Assembly (NCBI GenBank): GCA_964016885.1 | Contig: OZ024745.1 | Coordinates: 62,496,001 to 62,560,000, forward strand | Origin: Eledone cirrhosa | Lineage: Eukaryota | Length of the DNA stretch: 64,000 nucleotides | Direction of reading: 5' to 3' | Shown here: in pieces, positions 1 through 13,799 of the stretch | Layout of the letters: every line of letters starts with the position of its first letter | How positions within the stretch are numbered: position 1 is the stretch's first letter | The notes under the pieces: model-generated | Told to the model about the DNA's origin: nothing | Seen by the model: the letters and a program-made list of their open reading frames with translations, nothing else | Databases searched by the model: none | Position numbers and translations under genes: made by a program

Positions 1-1958
1 TTAACAAAGAAAAAAGTATATTTTTGCTCTAAAGTAGCGGATACATAAATGCACTCTCTTATTATTCGATAAAAAAAATGATGAGTGCAGAAAAAACAAA
101 CCTTTGATTTATAAAACTCTCCGTAGCAGACAATTTGCTTAGCATATTAAAATGTATATTGAATCATCGAAAAATCATGGAAATTATGCTAATATTACTG
201 TGGCTGTTAGGACATCACATTTTATATTGAATATAATTTGTACTGTTATAATGCTGACTGTCTTGACAAATACATGATATACCTATTATGCAGTAACATC
301 GGTAGGAATTTGCATAAAAACAATTTGATTTTATGCTTTGAAGAACAAAAAACTAAAAGAAACAGTTCATAACTGTCTCTATAAAATCTAATATAATATT
401 GGATTTGGAAGATACATAATGGTTGTTTTGTTTAAAACAAATAAATTTGTATAATTAAACGTATTAGTTTCTTAACTTGTTTAGTTGATATGAGTATTTT
501 AAGTTTTATGATTTTTCAACGAATGGTAAGAAGAAAGAATTTTGAAAATTGATACCATGTTTCGTTGATATGCTTCTGCCACCAATGGTCTTAGTTTCAT
601 TGTGATGAAACAGAAATAAATCCTTCAAAATATATTAAAGTTCATATCTCTATCATATTGACCGACCGATAGATTTGGCATATATATTTCATGTTCTTTG
701 ATACCAGCATTGGTAAATGAATTATATTTGCAGTTAACTCAACAATTCGCAATCTCGCTGGCCGTATTATCAATCATGTACACACATCCACTCACACACA
801 CACATGCACAAACAGGCACACACACACACATACACACATACACACACACACACACCTAAACCCACACATATGCAAACGCGCGCGCACACACACACATAAA
901 CGTATAATATATACATACATATATATATGTGTGTGTGTGTGTGTATGTGTGTGTGTGTGTGTAAATATATAGGTTGATGAAGAGATTAATTTTCTCGTAT
1001 CAAATATAAAACAACAGCTTCATAAAAACCCAATATATAAGTCATGTAAACTATTGATTAGATTAAGATTGGCACTTATTTCGAAATATCGCCTATGGAA
1101 GCTTTTCAAAATGAAGTGAAGATTTGCATTTCTGTAATATGAGATCAAGTATATGAAAGTTAGTGGGGGCGTTTTATATTTAAGTATGAGGGAATATGTT
1201 GAATGATCAATAGTAATTCGGTGAAACTATGTTAATTATATGATATTGCATGAGACTAATGCCGGTATGAAATGTATATTAAACACCACTGAACGAAAAT
1301 GTGTGTGAGAGTGTGTGTTAGAGTAGGTATTATTTTAATGAATCATTACATTATAAACAGATAATTATATTTGACATATTATTGCAAAGGCTATATTCAG
1401 CAATTTTATTGTGAAATTATATATCAGAAAATTACATTGTAATAATTACTTTCAAACACATTATTAAACGATTTAAAACACCATTTCTAAACTCAATATC
1501 CATAGTTTTCCTACTATGCAGCTGGAAGTACATTCTCGATGAGAAGGCGAACACCTTTTTACTTTGATTGTTAGAAAGTATAGAATTTGTCGTAAGCAAA
1601 TTAAGTTCCAGTTGAATTAGATTTGAAACAATACACATATATATCATAAATATACGAATATTGTAAGTCACTTCTAATCAATGTGAAGGCCTGCGTATAG
1701 TTTAATATGTACAAATCTTTATTTATTTATATCGATCTATCTTTCCCTCTTTCCTTCTTTGTTCCGTCCTATATACATACACACATACATATATATATAT
1801 ATTTCGTTGACAAATCTTTCAATATGCCCAGACATGTAGATATATTGCGCTTGGTATGACAGTGTGGTTTTAGCTCAAAGTAGGATAACTAGTATACTAC
1901 AGAGCCGTTATAGTTATAGGAATAACCAAAGAGTGCTTAGATATACATTGTTTTATTA

Positions 1959-2003
1959 GCTAACAGTGTTTCATCCATACACCATGGCAGGATTATTCAG
2001 AGC
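1959..2003 (-). ncRNA. Degenerate minimal hammerhead ribozyme (PLE-type)
   Basis: Minus strand reads gct-CTGAATAA-tcc...gga-tGAAAC-act-GTT-agc. Stems I and II can pair; the core has an extra base. Confidence 0.4.
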
Positions 2004-2175
2004 CTATAAACATGAGTATATCAGTAGTCACCAGAACATGAGTATATCAGTAGACGCAGAACCTTGTTCTGCGTCACCAGAACAAAGTTAAATGACCAGC
2101 AGGGGGTCCCGAGGCTAGCGCTATATGGAAAAAGACAAAATAATGCACATAATGGCATAAAATGTCTTAAAAATT

Positions 2176-2335
2176 AAAAAATTAAAAATTAAAAATGACA
2201 CCAAAAAAGTATCACTTAGATGGTGCAATAGCTGATAAAGAGGTTGGGACAGGGTACCTTCTCCCAACCTCTTTATCGGCTATTGCACCATCTAAGTGAT
2301 ACATTTTTGGTGTCATTTTTAATTTTTAATTTTTC
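2176..2335. repeat. Fold-back inverted repeat (~74-bp arms)
   Basis: 2176-2249 (aaaaattaaaaatgacacc...gaggttggga) is the near-perfect reverse complement of 2262-2335, centred on GGTACC. Confidence 0.95.
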
Positions 2336-3330
2336 GCAGTACAATGGTCATGGGTATAAGGGCGAGGACATACAACAGAGGGGACAAACTATCTCCCTGG
2401 AAGATACCTCTCTTGATCTTCACGCCTCCCAAGAATTCTCCACCCGATGTTAACTCTGTTTCCCAGGACTTCATACTCTTGCTCAACAACTGTCTGATGT
2501 TATCTGCCACCTTGAAGATCTCTAGGCTTTTGGTGATCCAAGAATGAGGCACCATGTCGAATGCCTTTTTGTAATCTATCCATCTCATGGCAAGACCAGT
2601 GTGTCTCCTCTTGCAATTCCTCATTACCATCTTATCAATATGTAACTGGTCTTTTGTACCACGGAACTTCTTTCGGCATCCTTTCTGTTCGTCCGGTAAC
2701 AATGCTTGTTAACAGTTTCCACATTAGGGACAGACATGTGATAGGTCTATAGTTGGTAACATCTTTACACAGGATTCGGTCTTTCATTACCAGAACTGTG
2801 GTAGCTTTTGTCAACCACTCTGGTACCTTACCCGACATCAAGCAGTCATTGAACACGGTTGTCAGTTTCGGGTGGAGGGATGTTATATTTTTGATCCAAT
2901 ACCCCCTGCACACCATCTGGGCCTGGTGATTTCCAATTGATTAGTTTTTTGGCCTGCCCTTTAAGAGTTTCAATTGTGATACTCAAATCAGTTTGTTGGT
3001 GTGCTTGTTCACTAATCTCCTTTTGTACTGTCTCAATCAACACTGCCTGATCCTTATGTTCAACATATTGCTCCCATATTTCTCTCCAGAATGTGTTAGT
3101 CTGTTCCGCCTCAGGGATCAAGTCTCTTTCTTTCCCTTCAAGCTGTCCAAACAACATCTTCTGGTTGTTGACGAACATACGGTTCTGTCTATACTGACTG
3201 ACTCTGCTCTCATACCGCCTAATCTTTGCACTCTTTGCTACAATGCGCTGTTTCAATTCCTCTATGATAATATTTAGCTTTTTCCTCCTAGTTTTGTACT
3301 TTATTTCCAGTCTATTGTTAGTGTCTAAAA
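2330..3330 (-). mobile_element. Dong/R4-like non-LTR retrotransposon RT fragment (copy 1, frameshifted)
   Basis: ORFs 2846-3340, 2635-2916 and 2319-2702 give [38 protein letters not shown] and [12 protein letters not shown]; highly similar to copy 2. Confidence 0.9.
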
Positions 3331-3351
3331 ACATTATCATTATTATTATTG

Positions 3352-3493
3352 TTACGTCCCTTTACGATCTGAGTTCAAATCCCGCCGAGGTTGACTTTGC
3401 CTTTCATCCTTACGGGGTCGATAAAATAAAGTATCAGTAATGCACTGGGTAATTGCTGGCCTTGTGCCTAAAGTAGAAACAAGTATTATTATT
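3352..3493 (+). mobile_element. tRNA-derived SINE with Meta-like core and (ATT)n tail
   Basis: B-box-like gagttcaaatcc followed by gactttgcctttcatccttacggggtcgataaaataaagtatcag; recurs many times in the window. Confidence 0.85.
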
Positions 3494-5890
3494 GTCCTTT
3501 GAGTCTCAGTCATTGATGTTATTTAACAGGAAAGTTTGTTGAAATGAATGTCAAGCCACTACCTGCAGCCTCAGATATTCAGGACGTATCGGTTCTTGCT
3601 ATTCCCAGCCAGCATGCCTTTTGAAGTGTTGCAAAAAGCGGGGCTGGATTAATTTTCCTTAACCAACCTTGGGAACTCCTTGAGATAGTACCTAGTGCGC
3701 CTATGACAATCGTGACCACTTTGACTTCATGGCAGTTCCAAATCCTTTTCACCTGCCACTTTAAGTCCTGGTATCGGTTAATTTTCTCCCTCTCCTTCTC
3801 TTGCACTCACGTATCGAATGGGCAGGCTACATCTACAATTAGGCACGATCTTTTTTTTTTTTTCCTTGTCCAAACCACCAGGTCAGGCCTATTGTGTTCC
3901 AGTTTCTTGTCCGTCTGTATCCTAAAATTCCATAGCACCTTCACCTGATCGTTTTCTATCACCGACTCTAGCTTATGATCCTACCACTTCTCAGAATGTG
4001 GTAAATTCTTTACTTTGCATAGGTGCCAGCCTTTATAGTGAGTCTGGGCTAGGTGTTTACATTCGGATACAATGTGAGCCACAGTCTCCTCTCTCTCTCC
4101 ACAGATCCTACCCAGTGGGCTAGTCTCCTCCTTGTAAATATGGTGTTTCACCCACTTCGTTTTGAGGGCCTGCTCTTGCGCAGCCAATAGCATTCCTTCT
4201 GTAGCCTTTTTAAGGTCTCCTCTTTTCAACCAGTTCCATGTCTGTGGATCTTTATATTCAGTTTTCTCAAAGAAGGTACTATGAAGGGATTTTTCATGAG
4301 GGTTGTTCTTCCTCCTTGTTGTTATTTCATCCTTGCACATCCCCTGGTCTATTGTCCTCTCCTTCAGTACAATTCTGAGCATTGGCTCCCTACTGTTAGT
4401 CACGTATTTGTGTAGGTTGTTTTTCCCCATTTGAACACAGTCCTCTATGCTGATAAGACCTCTTCCACCTTCAGATCTCTTTAAGTAGAGTCTATCGACA
4501 TCACTCCTCTTGTGGAACATGTTGTAGATAGTCAATATCTTCCTAGTCTTCCTATCCATTTCTTTTTGTTCAGCAACATTCCATTTCAGAATTCCCGCAC
4601 TGTACCTAATAATAGACACAGCTCGGGAATTTACTACACTTATGGCATTCCTACTGTTCAGATGTGATTTTATTACGCTCCTTACTCTCCTAATGTACTC
4701 AGATCTTATCAATTCCTTCATTTTTTGTTCTTAATGTCATCTGCCTCCAGATCACCTAAATATTTGTATTCTTCTTCAGTGTCAATTTCTTTTATCATCT
4801 CACCTGTTGTTACCTGGATTCCGTTGCTTCTGCTCAATTTAGCCCTCTCCATCACTAGGACTCCACACGTACTAATACCAAATTGCATAAATATATCATT
4901 GCTGAAAATACGAACAGTGTCAACAAGCATATCCAACTCCTTCTCACTCTTCCTGAAGAGCTTAAGATCATCCATGAAGAGGTGGTTGATGGTAAGCACT
5001 GCTTTTGTCACCTTGTATCCTGCTCTCACTTTTCGCAGTATAATGGTCAGGGGTATCAGGGCAAGGACAAACAACAGAGGGGACAAACTATCTCCCTGGA
5101 AGATACCTCTCTTGATCTTCACGCCTCCCAAGGATTCTCCACCTGCTGTTAACTCTGTTTTCCAGGACTTCATACTCTTGCTCAACAACTGTCTGATGTT
5201 ATCCGCCAACTTGAAGATCTCTAGGCTTTTGGTTCTCCAAGAATGAGGTACCATGTCGAATGCCTTTTTGTAGTCTATCCATCCCATGGCAAGACCAGTA
5301 TGTCTCCTCTTGCAATTCCGCATTACCATCTTATCAATAAGTATGTCTATACTGACTGATTCTGCTCTCATATCGCCTTATCTTTGCACTCTTTGCTACA
5401 ATGCGTTGCTTCACTTCCTCTATGATAATATTTAGCTTTTTCCTCCTAGTTTTGTACTTTATTTCCAGTCTATTTTTAGTGTCTATGTTTTGTAGTGTCC
5501 CATTCAGTAGGGATTCAAGCTTTCCAATGTAATTTCTCATTTCCCTGATTTGACCATTCAGTCGTTTCTTCCATCAAGGTTCTGATCTTTCTTGTTTGTT
5601 GTTTCCTCTCGTTTTTATGCCAAGTAATTTCCTCACCGCATTTGCTGTTGCTTTGAGGATATTGTTGCATTGGTGAAGGTTCCTCGCCTCAAGGTACTGG
5701 ATGACTTTGTTTATCTTAGCTGTTGTTTCTTTTAACTTTTTCCTGTCTACAAATCATAGGTTTACCACTATCATTGTTCATTTCATCTACCACTAAGTTT
5801 AGGATATCAACCAAATCTTGTCCTAGCCCGTCAGCATTCATTTCCTCAATGGCCGTATCTTTGTTCCAGGTGGGGGTGGGGTGGGGGGGT
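3484..5890 (-). mobile_element. Dong/R4-like non-LTR retrotransposon (RT, zinc knuckle, restriction-like endonuclease), 5'-truncated and decayed
   Basis: RT motifs [23 protein letters not shown] and GGRGL; knuckle RICGEREETVAHIVSEC; RLE region EKEREKINRYQDL...IVIGALG; 3' UTR ends in (AAT)n; TAA repeats on both flanks. Confidence 0.9.
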
Positions 5891-5944
5891 TTATTATTAT
5901 TATTATTATTATTATATAATATTATATATAATATTATATATGAA

Positions 5945-6440
5945 CGATGGATTGCCAATATCGGTGGAGGGTCGGACGTCATCTTTTGTAGCAATGAGTT
6001 ACGGCCCTTTATGGTCTGAGTTCAAATCTCGCCGAGGTTAACTTTGCCTTTCATCCTTACCGGGTCGATAAAATAAAATACCAGTAATACACTCGGATAA
6101 TTGCTGGCCTTGAGCCAAAGGTAGAAACAATTATTATTATTATTGTTATTATTATTATTGGTGGATTGGCAGTATCGGTAGAGAGACGCATAGAGTTACG
6201 GCCCTAGTGATTCTGAGTTCAAATCCCGCCGCTGTTAACTTAGCCGTCCATCCTTACAGCATAGTTACGTCCCTTTGCGGTCTGAGTTCAAATCCCGCCG
6301 TGGTTAACTTTGCCTTTCATCCTTACGGGGTCAATAAAATAAAGTACCAGTCAAGAACTGGGGTCAATTTCATCGCCCCCCCCCCCCAAATTGCTGGCCT
6401 TGTACCTATATAAGAAACCATTATTGTTATAATTATTATT
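5945..6440 (+). mobile_element. Cluster of tandem/partial Meta-like SINE copies
   Basis: Repeated gagttcaaatc(c/t)cgccg...taactttgcctttcatccttac at ~6018, ~6213 and ~6283, separated by (ATT)n tails. Confidence 0.85.
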
Positions 6441-6676
6441 ATTGGCGGTATCAGTAGAGCGCGTCATACATATGCGGCATAAAGTTGCGGCAATTTATGT
6501 TGTCATTTCAAATATCAATAAGGTTAGATTGTCATTTTTCCTCGTGGGATTGATAAACTAAAGTACTAATAACGCACTTGGGTCGATTTAATTGAATCCC
6601 CCACCACCATAGAAAGATGGTTGCTGGCGTTGTGCCTTAATCATAAAACATAATTATTTAAAATCTTGTTTGTGTT

Positions 6677-7330
6677 GTTCATTGTAGTTGCATTACAGAG
6701 CACTGCTCTGCGCACATTGGGTATATGCAGTGTTCAAGTTGGTGGTTTACGTTCGGGGTGGGACCAATCCAGTTGACCACCGAGTCCATTGCCATGATCA
6801 AACTGCCACCCTCCTTCAAAAACGAGGGAGAGGCGGTTTTCCTATGTGTTATGGCTATGGTGAAAGAGGTTATATGGTGGACGAGGTTAAAAGGGCTGAG
6901 GTCAGACACCTTTCTCTCCGGCTAGCAACTGATTCGTTTTTTCAAATATCATTTTGGAAGAAGAATCAGGATGGAGAGAGGGGTGCTGTACCCCAGCAAA
7001 TTTTGTAAAAGGTGGGGGAATGTGGCAAAGATGGCCCGAGTGGTTGGGCCTTCCCTCTATATAAGCCTCTAGGTTGAGGAAAAAGAGGAAGAGAGGAAGG
7101 GAGTACTCACTTTTGGTGCTCCTGGAGATGAGGGTTGTACATTTTTTCGGGGTGTGTACAACCCCTGTGTAAACGCCTCCCTCCTATTGGGGATTTCAAT
7201 TGATATTTGTTATTTTATTAATAGTTTTATTTTCATATAACTGTATGTAAACTCCCCATTTATATTTGTTCCCTTCTTTTGTGGCCTTGTGGCTAATAAA
7301 GAAATTTATCTATCTATCTATCTATCTATA
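6677..7330 (+). mobile_element. 3' end of an L1/Tx1-like LINE (ORF2 C-terminus, 3' UTR, tail)
   Basis: Translation ...AMVKEVIWWTRLKG resembles the K..IW..R motif of L1/Tx1 ORF2 C-termini; AATAAA at ~7295 is followed by (TATC)n. Confidence 0.6.
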
Positions 7331-7439
7331 ACTCTCTCCCTCTCTCTCTCTATATATATATACGTATATATATATATATGTGTGTGTATGTGTGTGTGCA
7401 TGCGTGCGTGTGTCTGTATGTAGGTATGTATATAGCTAG

Positions 7440-7910
7440 AGCGGGTAAAATTCCATAGATCCATGGACGAGTTCTCTGTCCCTCATCATCGCTGCCATAT
7501 TGTGCGTCTCCCAGAGACAATTTCTGTCCTTAGGACGTCAACATATGTCAATCTTGGTCTCTCTCTTCTAGTGTGTACACACAAGGGCTCCCACAGGAGC
7601 CAGTATCTCTGGTGTAATGACTTGGGCTATGGACATGCTTACCGGATGTCGGTAAGCATGTCCATAGCCCAAGTCATTACACCTGAGATACTGGCTGGGG
7701 TGCTCCAGGAGATACATTGGCTCCCTACCTTTTTATCATCGCAGTGGACTATTGTATGCGACTTGCGCTGGAGAAACACCAGGTTCTGGCATTACTGTAA
7801 CGCTGGCTCATAGCAGGAGAGCTAAGGCGAAAAAGATGTCGGATGCTGACTTTGCCGACGACATAGTTCTGGTGACAAACTCAGTGAGGGAGGCAGAGGA
7901 GTTTAGTGCG
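7440..7910. mobile_element. Rearranged RTE-like LINE fragments
   Basis: The plus strand 7690-7900 encodes ILAGVLQG.TLAPYLF and DADFADDIVL (RT core). The left part is in the opposite orientation across a hairpin. Confidence 0.7.
7598..7696. repeat. Near-perfect hairpin, 47-bp arms, 5-nt loop
   Basis: 7598-7644 vs 7650-7696, one mismatch. Confidence 0.95.
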
Positions 7911-8069
7911 TTATGGTCCGCCTGGTTCCTTATCACATTTCCTTCGTTATATATATATACGAGAATATAACAGAAAGGGTATTAATTATATTTCGTAATA
8001 CATAAGATAAGGCACACAAGTAATACATGCATACACACACACATACACGCACACATAGCCCCCCCCATT

Positions 8070-8147
<78 letters not shown>

Positions 8148-8218
8148 AATTTGTAGTTTACTTGAAGCTTTGTATGTGGTATAAATAATTCGGAGTTGGA
8201 AACCCACGACAATGCAGG

Positions 8219-8460
8219 TTTGGACGGAGAGAAAATTAAAACGTAGGAAACAGGGTCTGTTTTGACCTTAATTTATTCATATGTCCGGTTACTTCAAGAT
8301 TAATATGGTATAGCCACATACTTTCAAGCAACATCGGACACGGGAATAGTTCTTTTATTTTCCTCGGAAGAAGAGATATTCATCTCGAAATTTGAGGACA
8401 TATGAATAAATTAAGGTACATAAACAAATCCTGTTTCTTGCGTTTTTCTCAGTCCAAACT
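8219..8460. mobile_element. Short fold-back PLE-derived unit between (AT)n tracts
   Basis: Diverged inverted arms ~8219-8287 and ~8396-8460; internal HHR-like cggaagaagagat...atctcgaaa at ~8366-8391. Confidence 0.55.
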
Positions 8461-8461
8461 C

Positions 8462-8510
<49 letters not shown>

Positions 8511-8515
<5 letters not shown>

Positions 8516-8760
8516 GAATTTGGTTGGTTTTCGCTTCTGTATCTTCTATATCTCCACAGTTAATTCATTTGGTCCTCAATGTTTATCATTGACTGACGAA
8601 CGTTCAAAAATACAGATATAAATACATATATATATAGTCGAAGAAAGTTCTTATTGAAAAAATACAACTAGGAGGAAAATAATAGTGCCCTGATGATGCT
8701 GCAGATGCGCAACGACAGAACTTTGTTAGACTACATATATGTATTTATATCATTGTAATT
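8511..8760. mobile_element. PLE terminal-repeat-like family H with HHR (also at 60720-60935)
   Basis: 8520-8650 is the reverse complement of ~60760-60930; ctgatgatgctgcagatgcgcaacg at ~8690 matches ctgacgatgttgcagatgtgcaacgaaa at 60730. Confidence 0.7.
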
Positions 8761-9410
8761 GAATATAAAAGAAAAATGAACACAGATATATACATATATG
8801 TGTTCAAATCGTAAGGGACCAGACTCGTTAAGGTGAAAAGAATACTAACTGTAGGCAATAGGGTTTGCCTTACTCAATTTAAGAATAAATCAAGAAAATA
8901 ATAAATACAAACCGTAATTGCGGTAACTACGAATGACCCAGACAGCTTTTGGTAATGCTGTTTCACAATATTAATTGCGAATAAAAATTCCAATTCATCC
9001 TCATCAGTGGGTGAAGAATTAATATCCTAGACGCTTCCAAGTATATTAAGAAACTGAATATTGTGCTTATATATAATAACGCACATGGTATCAGAACTTA
9101 GTGTGTCTCACAAACTTACACTACTAAAAATAGCAGCCAGGTTTATTCGACATTTGAATTAGCTCAACAAATTAACGGATATATCAAATGTATATATTGA
9201 GTTAGAAACTCAAAATAGTCTCTTACAATAAAAGTTAAGATACCATGTGCGTTATATATTATAAGCACAATATTCAGTTTCTTAATATACAAAGAAGTGT
9301 CTAGGATACTAATTATTCACCCAATGATGAGCACGAATTGGCATTCCGGTTTGTATTTATTTTCTTGATTTATTCTTAAGTTGAGTAAGGCAATAGTTAG
9401 TATTCTTTTA
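8760..9410. mobile_element. Fold-back PLE terminal-repeat family F (also at 59745-60628)
   Basis: Inverted arms ~8838-9095 and ~9241-9408; clear similarity to 59.75-60.6 kb; carries an HHR. Confidence 0.75.
8936..9012 (-). ncRNA. Type I hammerhead ribozyme
   Basis: Minus strand: accca-CTGATGA...GAAAcagc...gctGTC-tgggt, with stems I and III paired and a GUC cleavage triplet. Confidence 0.7.
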
Positions 9411-9421
9411 TATCTATATAT

Positions 9422-9984
<563 letters not shown>

Positions 9985-10039
9985 TAATAAAACGAAAACT
10001 CAGTGATGCATCTGGACTCAGTTCATATATATATATATT

Positions 10040-10765
10040 ACAAAACCACTGTAAATTCTCGCAGCAAAAAGAACCTATTCTATAAATATGGATTAAATAA
10101 CACTGAGCCTGAATACACTACAATAATTTAATGCATCAAACATTCACTACGGAATCATCGTTACTTATGTGAATCATCTTTACTTATGTGATGGATGTAA
10201 AACCTATATCTTACTTTCTCTGAATGTGAAAATGGTGGTGGATACAAAAACTATAACTTCCTTTTGCTTCTTCTTTTTCTTTTTCTTTTTCTTCACACAT
10301 ACTTTTTTGATCTATATTAAAAATAACCTACCACTACAACCACCATAATACTCTTGCTTACCCACTTAAAGTGCTTGCATTACATGTAACACCTTGCCAC
10401 ACAATAATCGTATACAAATGAGACATGTGTAACTAACGCATACACTACCTACTAGATCCGACTATCAAACTATCCTCCTGCATTAACTGTGTTATCTGCC
10501 GAATGTATTTTGATTTTGATTTTAATTTTGATTTTGATTTTGATCTTGAATTTGAATTGCTGTAAAAAATAGTATAGTGTAATATATGTCACTCCACTGT
10601 ACATCAATATATATATATATATGTATCTGTATGTCTCTTGCGTCGGAAAGGAGGTCAATTATATGTGCAAACATTGAAAAATGCTCCGAAGACACCAAGC
10701 CTAAGTTTGGATGAAACAATTGTAAGTGAATAAATGCTTTGAACATAGCTTTGATTCTTGTGAAT
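10040..10765 (+). mobile_element. Naiad-type PLE 3' tail / terminal repeat (family A) with HHR-like motif
   Basis: Reverse complement of 39670-40358, which follows a Naiad C-terminus; HHR-like cCGAAGA...tGAAAcaattGTA at ~10685-10724. Confidence 0.75.
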
Positions 10766-10791
10766 TCTCTCTCTCTCTCTATATATATATA

Positions 10792-11015
10792 TATACAAAT
10801 ATAAATTTAGCGAGAATCGCATTTCGGCGGGTAGCAATTAGCGAAACGCAACTTCCGTATTGTGCAGACAAGCGCTCCGTGGATATGAAGATACCAGAGC
10901 TATAAACATAAGTTAAAATGGTCATACACACTGAGACGATGGTTAAGAAGCCATTAACCACCTTAGCGAAAAAAGCGAACAAACTAAACAGGTCAAACAA
11001 AATAAGATATGTTTG

Positions 11016-11018
<3 letters not shown>
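10792..11018. repeat. Dispersed repeat family B (direct copy at 24920-25146)
   Basis: Near-identical tacaaatataaatttagcgagaatcgcatttcggcggg...aaataagatat in both places, each starting inside (AT)n. Confidence 0.85.
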
Positions 11019-11073
<55 letters not shown>

Positions 11074-13427
11074 CCGCAGATGTGTGTCCTGGCATAGGGT
11101 TTTTATGTATCTTATTTTATTTAGCTCATCGTAGAACAATTAAACCGAGATGTTTTTATTTTGATACACTTTTGTTTGTTTTTAAACATATATATTCATA
11201 TATGAGCCTTACTCTCATTGTAGTCAAACTACACTTCTGAATACAGTTGGGTTCCTCCAGAGAAGGATACAAAAAATAGGGAAAAAGTCATATTGAGAAA
11301 TAACCGACGGCATTACATCACTGGTACTGTTCATTCACACCAAATATTACAATCACTGTAAGTAATTCGATAAATTACATTTGAATTCACAAAAAAATGT
11401 TATCGTTTATTGTTAGTGCTGGTGTTTTAGAAGAGGAGAAATGAGGTATTATACTAACCACATTATTTAACTGGTACTTTATAGGTGTATGAATGTATCA
11501 AAGTTTATTTTTATATCGGCATAATTAGACCACAGAAAATGAAATGCTGGAGGAAAGTTTGCAAATTGATTTGTATTACAAGGAATGTACGGGAACTTAT
11601 CGGGGGGTCATTGAATACACGATTATAATGCCAATTTTTCGATCACCAGATCGGGCATTGCACAGTGTCCTTGATCATATCATCTTATTTCTCGATATCC
11701 AAATGCAATAGGTTTAACAAGCACGTATCAGTAACAAATATGCTAGAAATATTTTGACATAATTGGCTCTTTTCGAACGGGATACTTGTATATATAGTCG
11801 ATTTATTTAGAGGAATCAGAGATATGTTAAATATGCCTCTAGGTTCAAGATAATTTTTATGTTTAACAAACTTATTTTGACAATATTACAAAGCAGATCA
11901 CATATGTTTGTGTAACATCGTTTATCAAAATGCTCGGTATATTCTAGATACGACTAACGAAATGCTGAAACATAAATCGGTCTAGCCCACAAAGACACTA
12001 GAATATAAATTCTGACTATATTTATGAAAATAGAAACATACCGTTATTCTCACCTTTTCCGAGTTGAGATAAATGGTAAGATGTAGTTATCATCAGAACA
12101 CAAAGGAAGTATCATTTAAGTGTAATACTGAAAATGCATATTCTAGGAAGCAGAAAACGGAATTCGAACAGTTACCTATGCATCCAAAATTTCGATATAT
12201 TTTTTATTATCGTAATAATTACTTATTAAATATACACACTATAAATGAAACCAAATGACTCTCCATTTAATATTAAGTGTCCTGTATAACATAACATCAT
12301 TGTATCGAAGCTGGACCTTGCAATTATCTGTTTTATTTTCAAATCATATATTATACTATCAACCCTTCTCGTTAATGAAAGATTTAACGGTATTCACAGT
12401 AGACATTATAGTGCAGGAATTAATTTCTAGGGCTCATGCCTTGCTGAAATAACCACTTCAATAAAATTTAACAAATGGAGTTCATATTTAATTTCATAAA
12501 ATATATATATATTTTTGGTGCATTAGATGTTAAAGTCGAACTTGCGTTTTTATTTTAATAAGTCAAGTACAATGTTCTATGGGTTTAGCAGAATATTCTA
12601 ACAAAATGCTAAGATCATGTTTTTCAAAGATTATTAATGAATTAAACACATATTCGTTAAAATAGAAATAGACAAATATTGAAACCATAATATTGGAATA
12701 CTCTTAGGGAGAAATTCTTCATAAGTAATATATAATTTTCAAAATTATAAGCAATAATAATTCATTGCGGAGAATATATGTAAATATGAACAACAAAGCG
12801 ATAACCAAAAGGTTATAATGAAAACCTGATATATTCTATATTGGTGTTGTTTTAATTATGAGGTTCAATCCAAATATATATCAATTCACAAAGAAACGCG
12901 TATTATGTTTCTTTTAATTTTACTCTATAGACTTCAATCTAAATACAAAACAAACGACTACTGTTGATAATTGTGTGTTCGTTGTTTGAAATATAATGTA
13001 AATATTGTATTCTTCTGCAATATTAATTGAATATTTCCACAATGCCTCGCTGGTATAAAGCTTCCTTTACCTCACTTTGAATATAGGTATTATATCGTAA
13101 TTTCCTTTATATATTGCAAGCAAATGAAATTAAATATAATGAACAAAATAATAATAGTCTAGCATTTTGAGGCTAAAATGAGAAAGCGATTTTGTATAAT
13201 GATAGCGCACCAACGATAAAAATATCGGATAATAGGAGAAAATATGTTGCTGCCGGTTTGATTATTGCATTTGATTATAATTATAGCGATACTGAATATA
13301 AAATCTAAGTGTACAGACATTACCCAAACATATAGATATAGATATACGCACTCAATCAAAGAATGAAACACACACATACACAAACACAACTAATACACAC
13401 ACACACACACACACACACACAACTAAT

Positions 13428-13487
<60 letters not shown>

Positions 13488-13799
13488 TATATATATATAT
13501 ATCATATATATGTGTGTGTGTATGTGTGCGTGGGGGGGGGGGTCAATTTAAACAGGTAAATGATTATTAGTTGTTTGAATTGATCTTATTTATGTTATTT
13601 AAGTTGATATTTCGTTTTTGTCAAAACGGGTTAATCTATTTTGTTCGTAATTCTTCTGTCTTGCTGAGTGAACAGTATTGCAAAGTTTATATATCAATAT
13701 ATAAATGCTTAATTTGACTGTTTCAAAGCTAAATCGTTTACAGTTTCAAATTTAAACTTCCACTAATACCAATGTATCACAGAGATTTCCCTCTTCTGC

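Noticed and set aside
4725-5246. 173-aa and other plus-strand ORFs over the Dong and Tx1 RTs
   Set aside because: Antisense shadows of the retrotransposon coding frames.
3352-6440. tRNA genes suggested by GTTCAAATCC B-box motifs
   Set aside because: No cloverleaf; the motif is the head of the repeated SINE.
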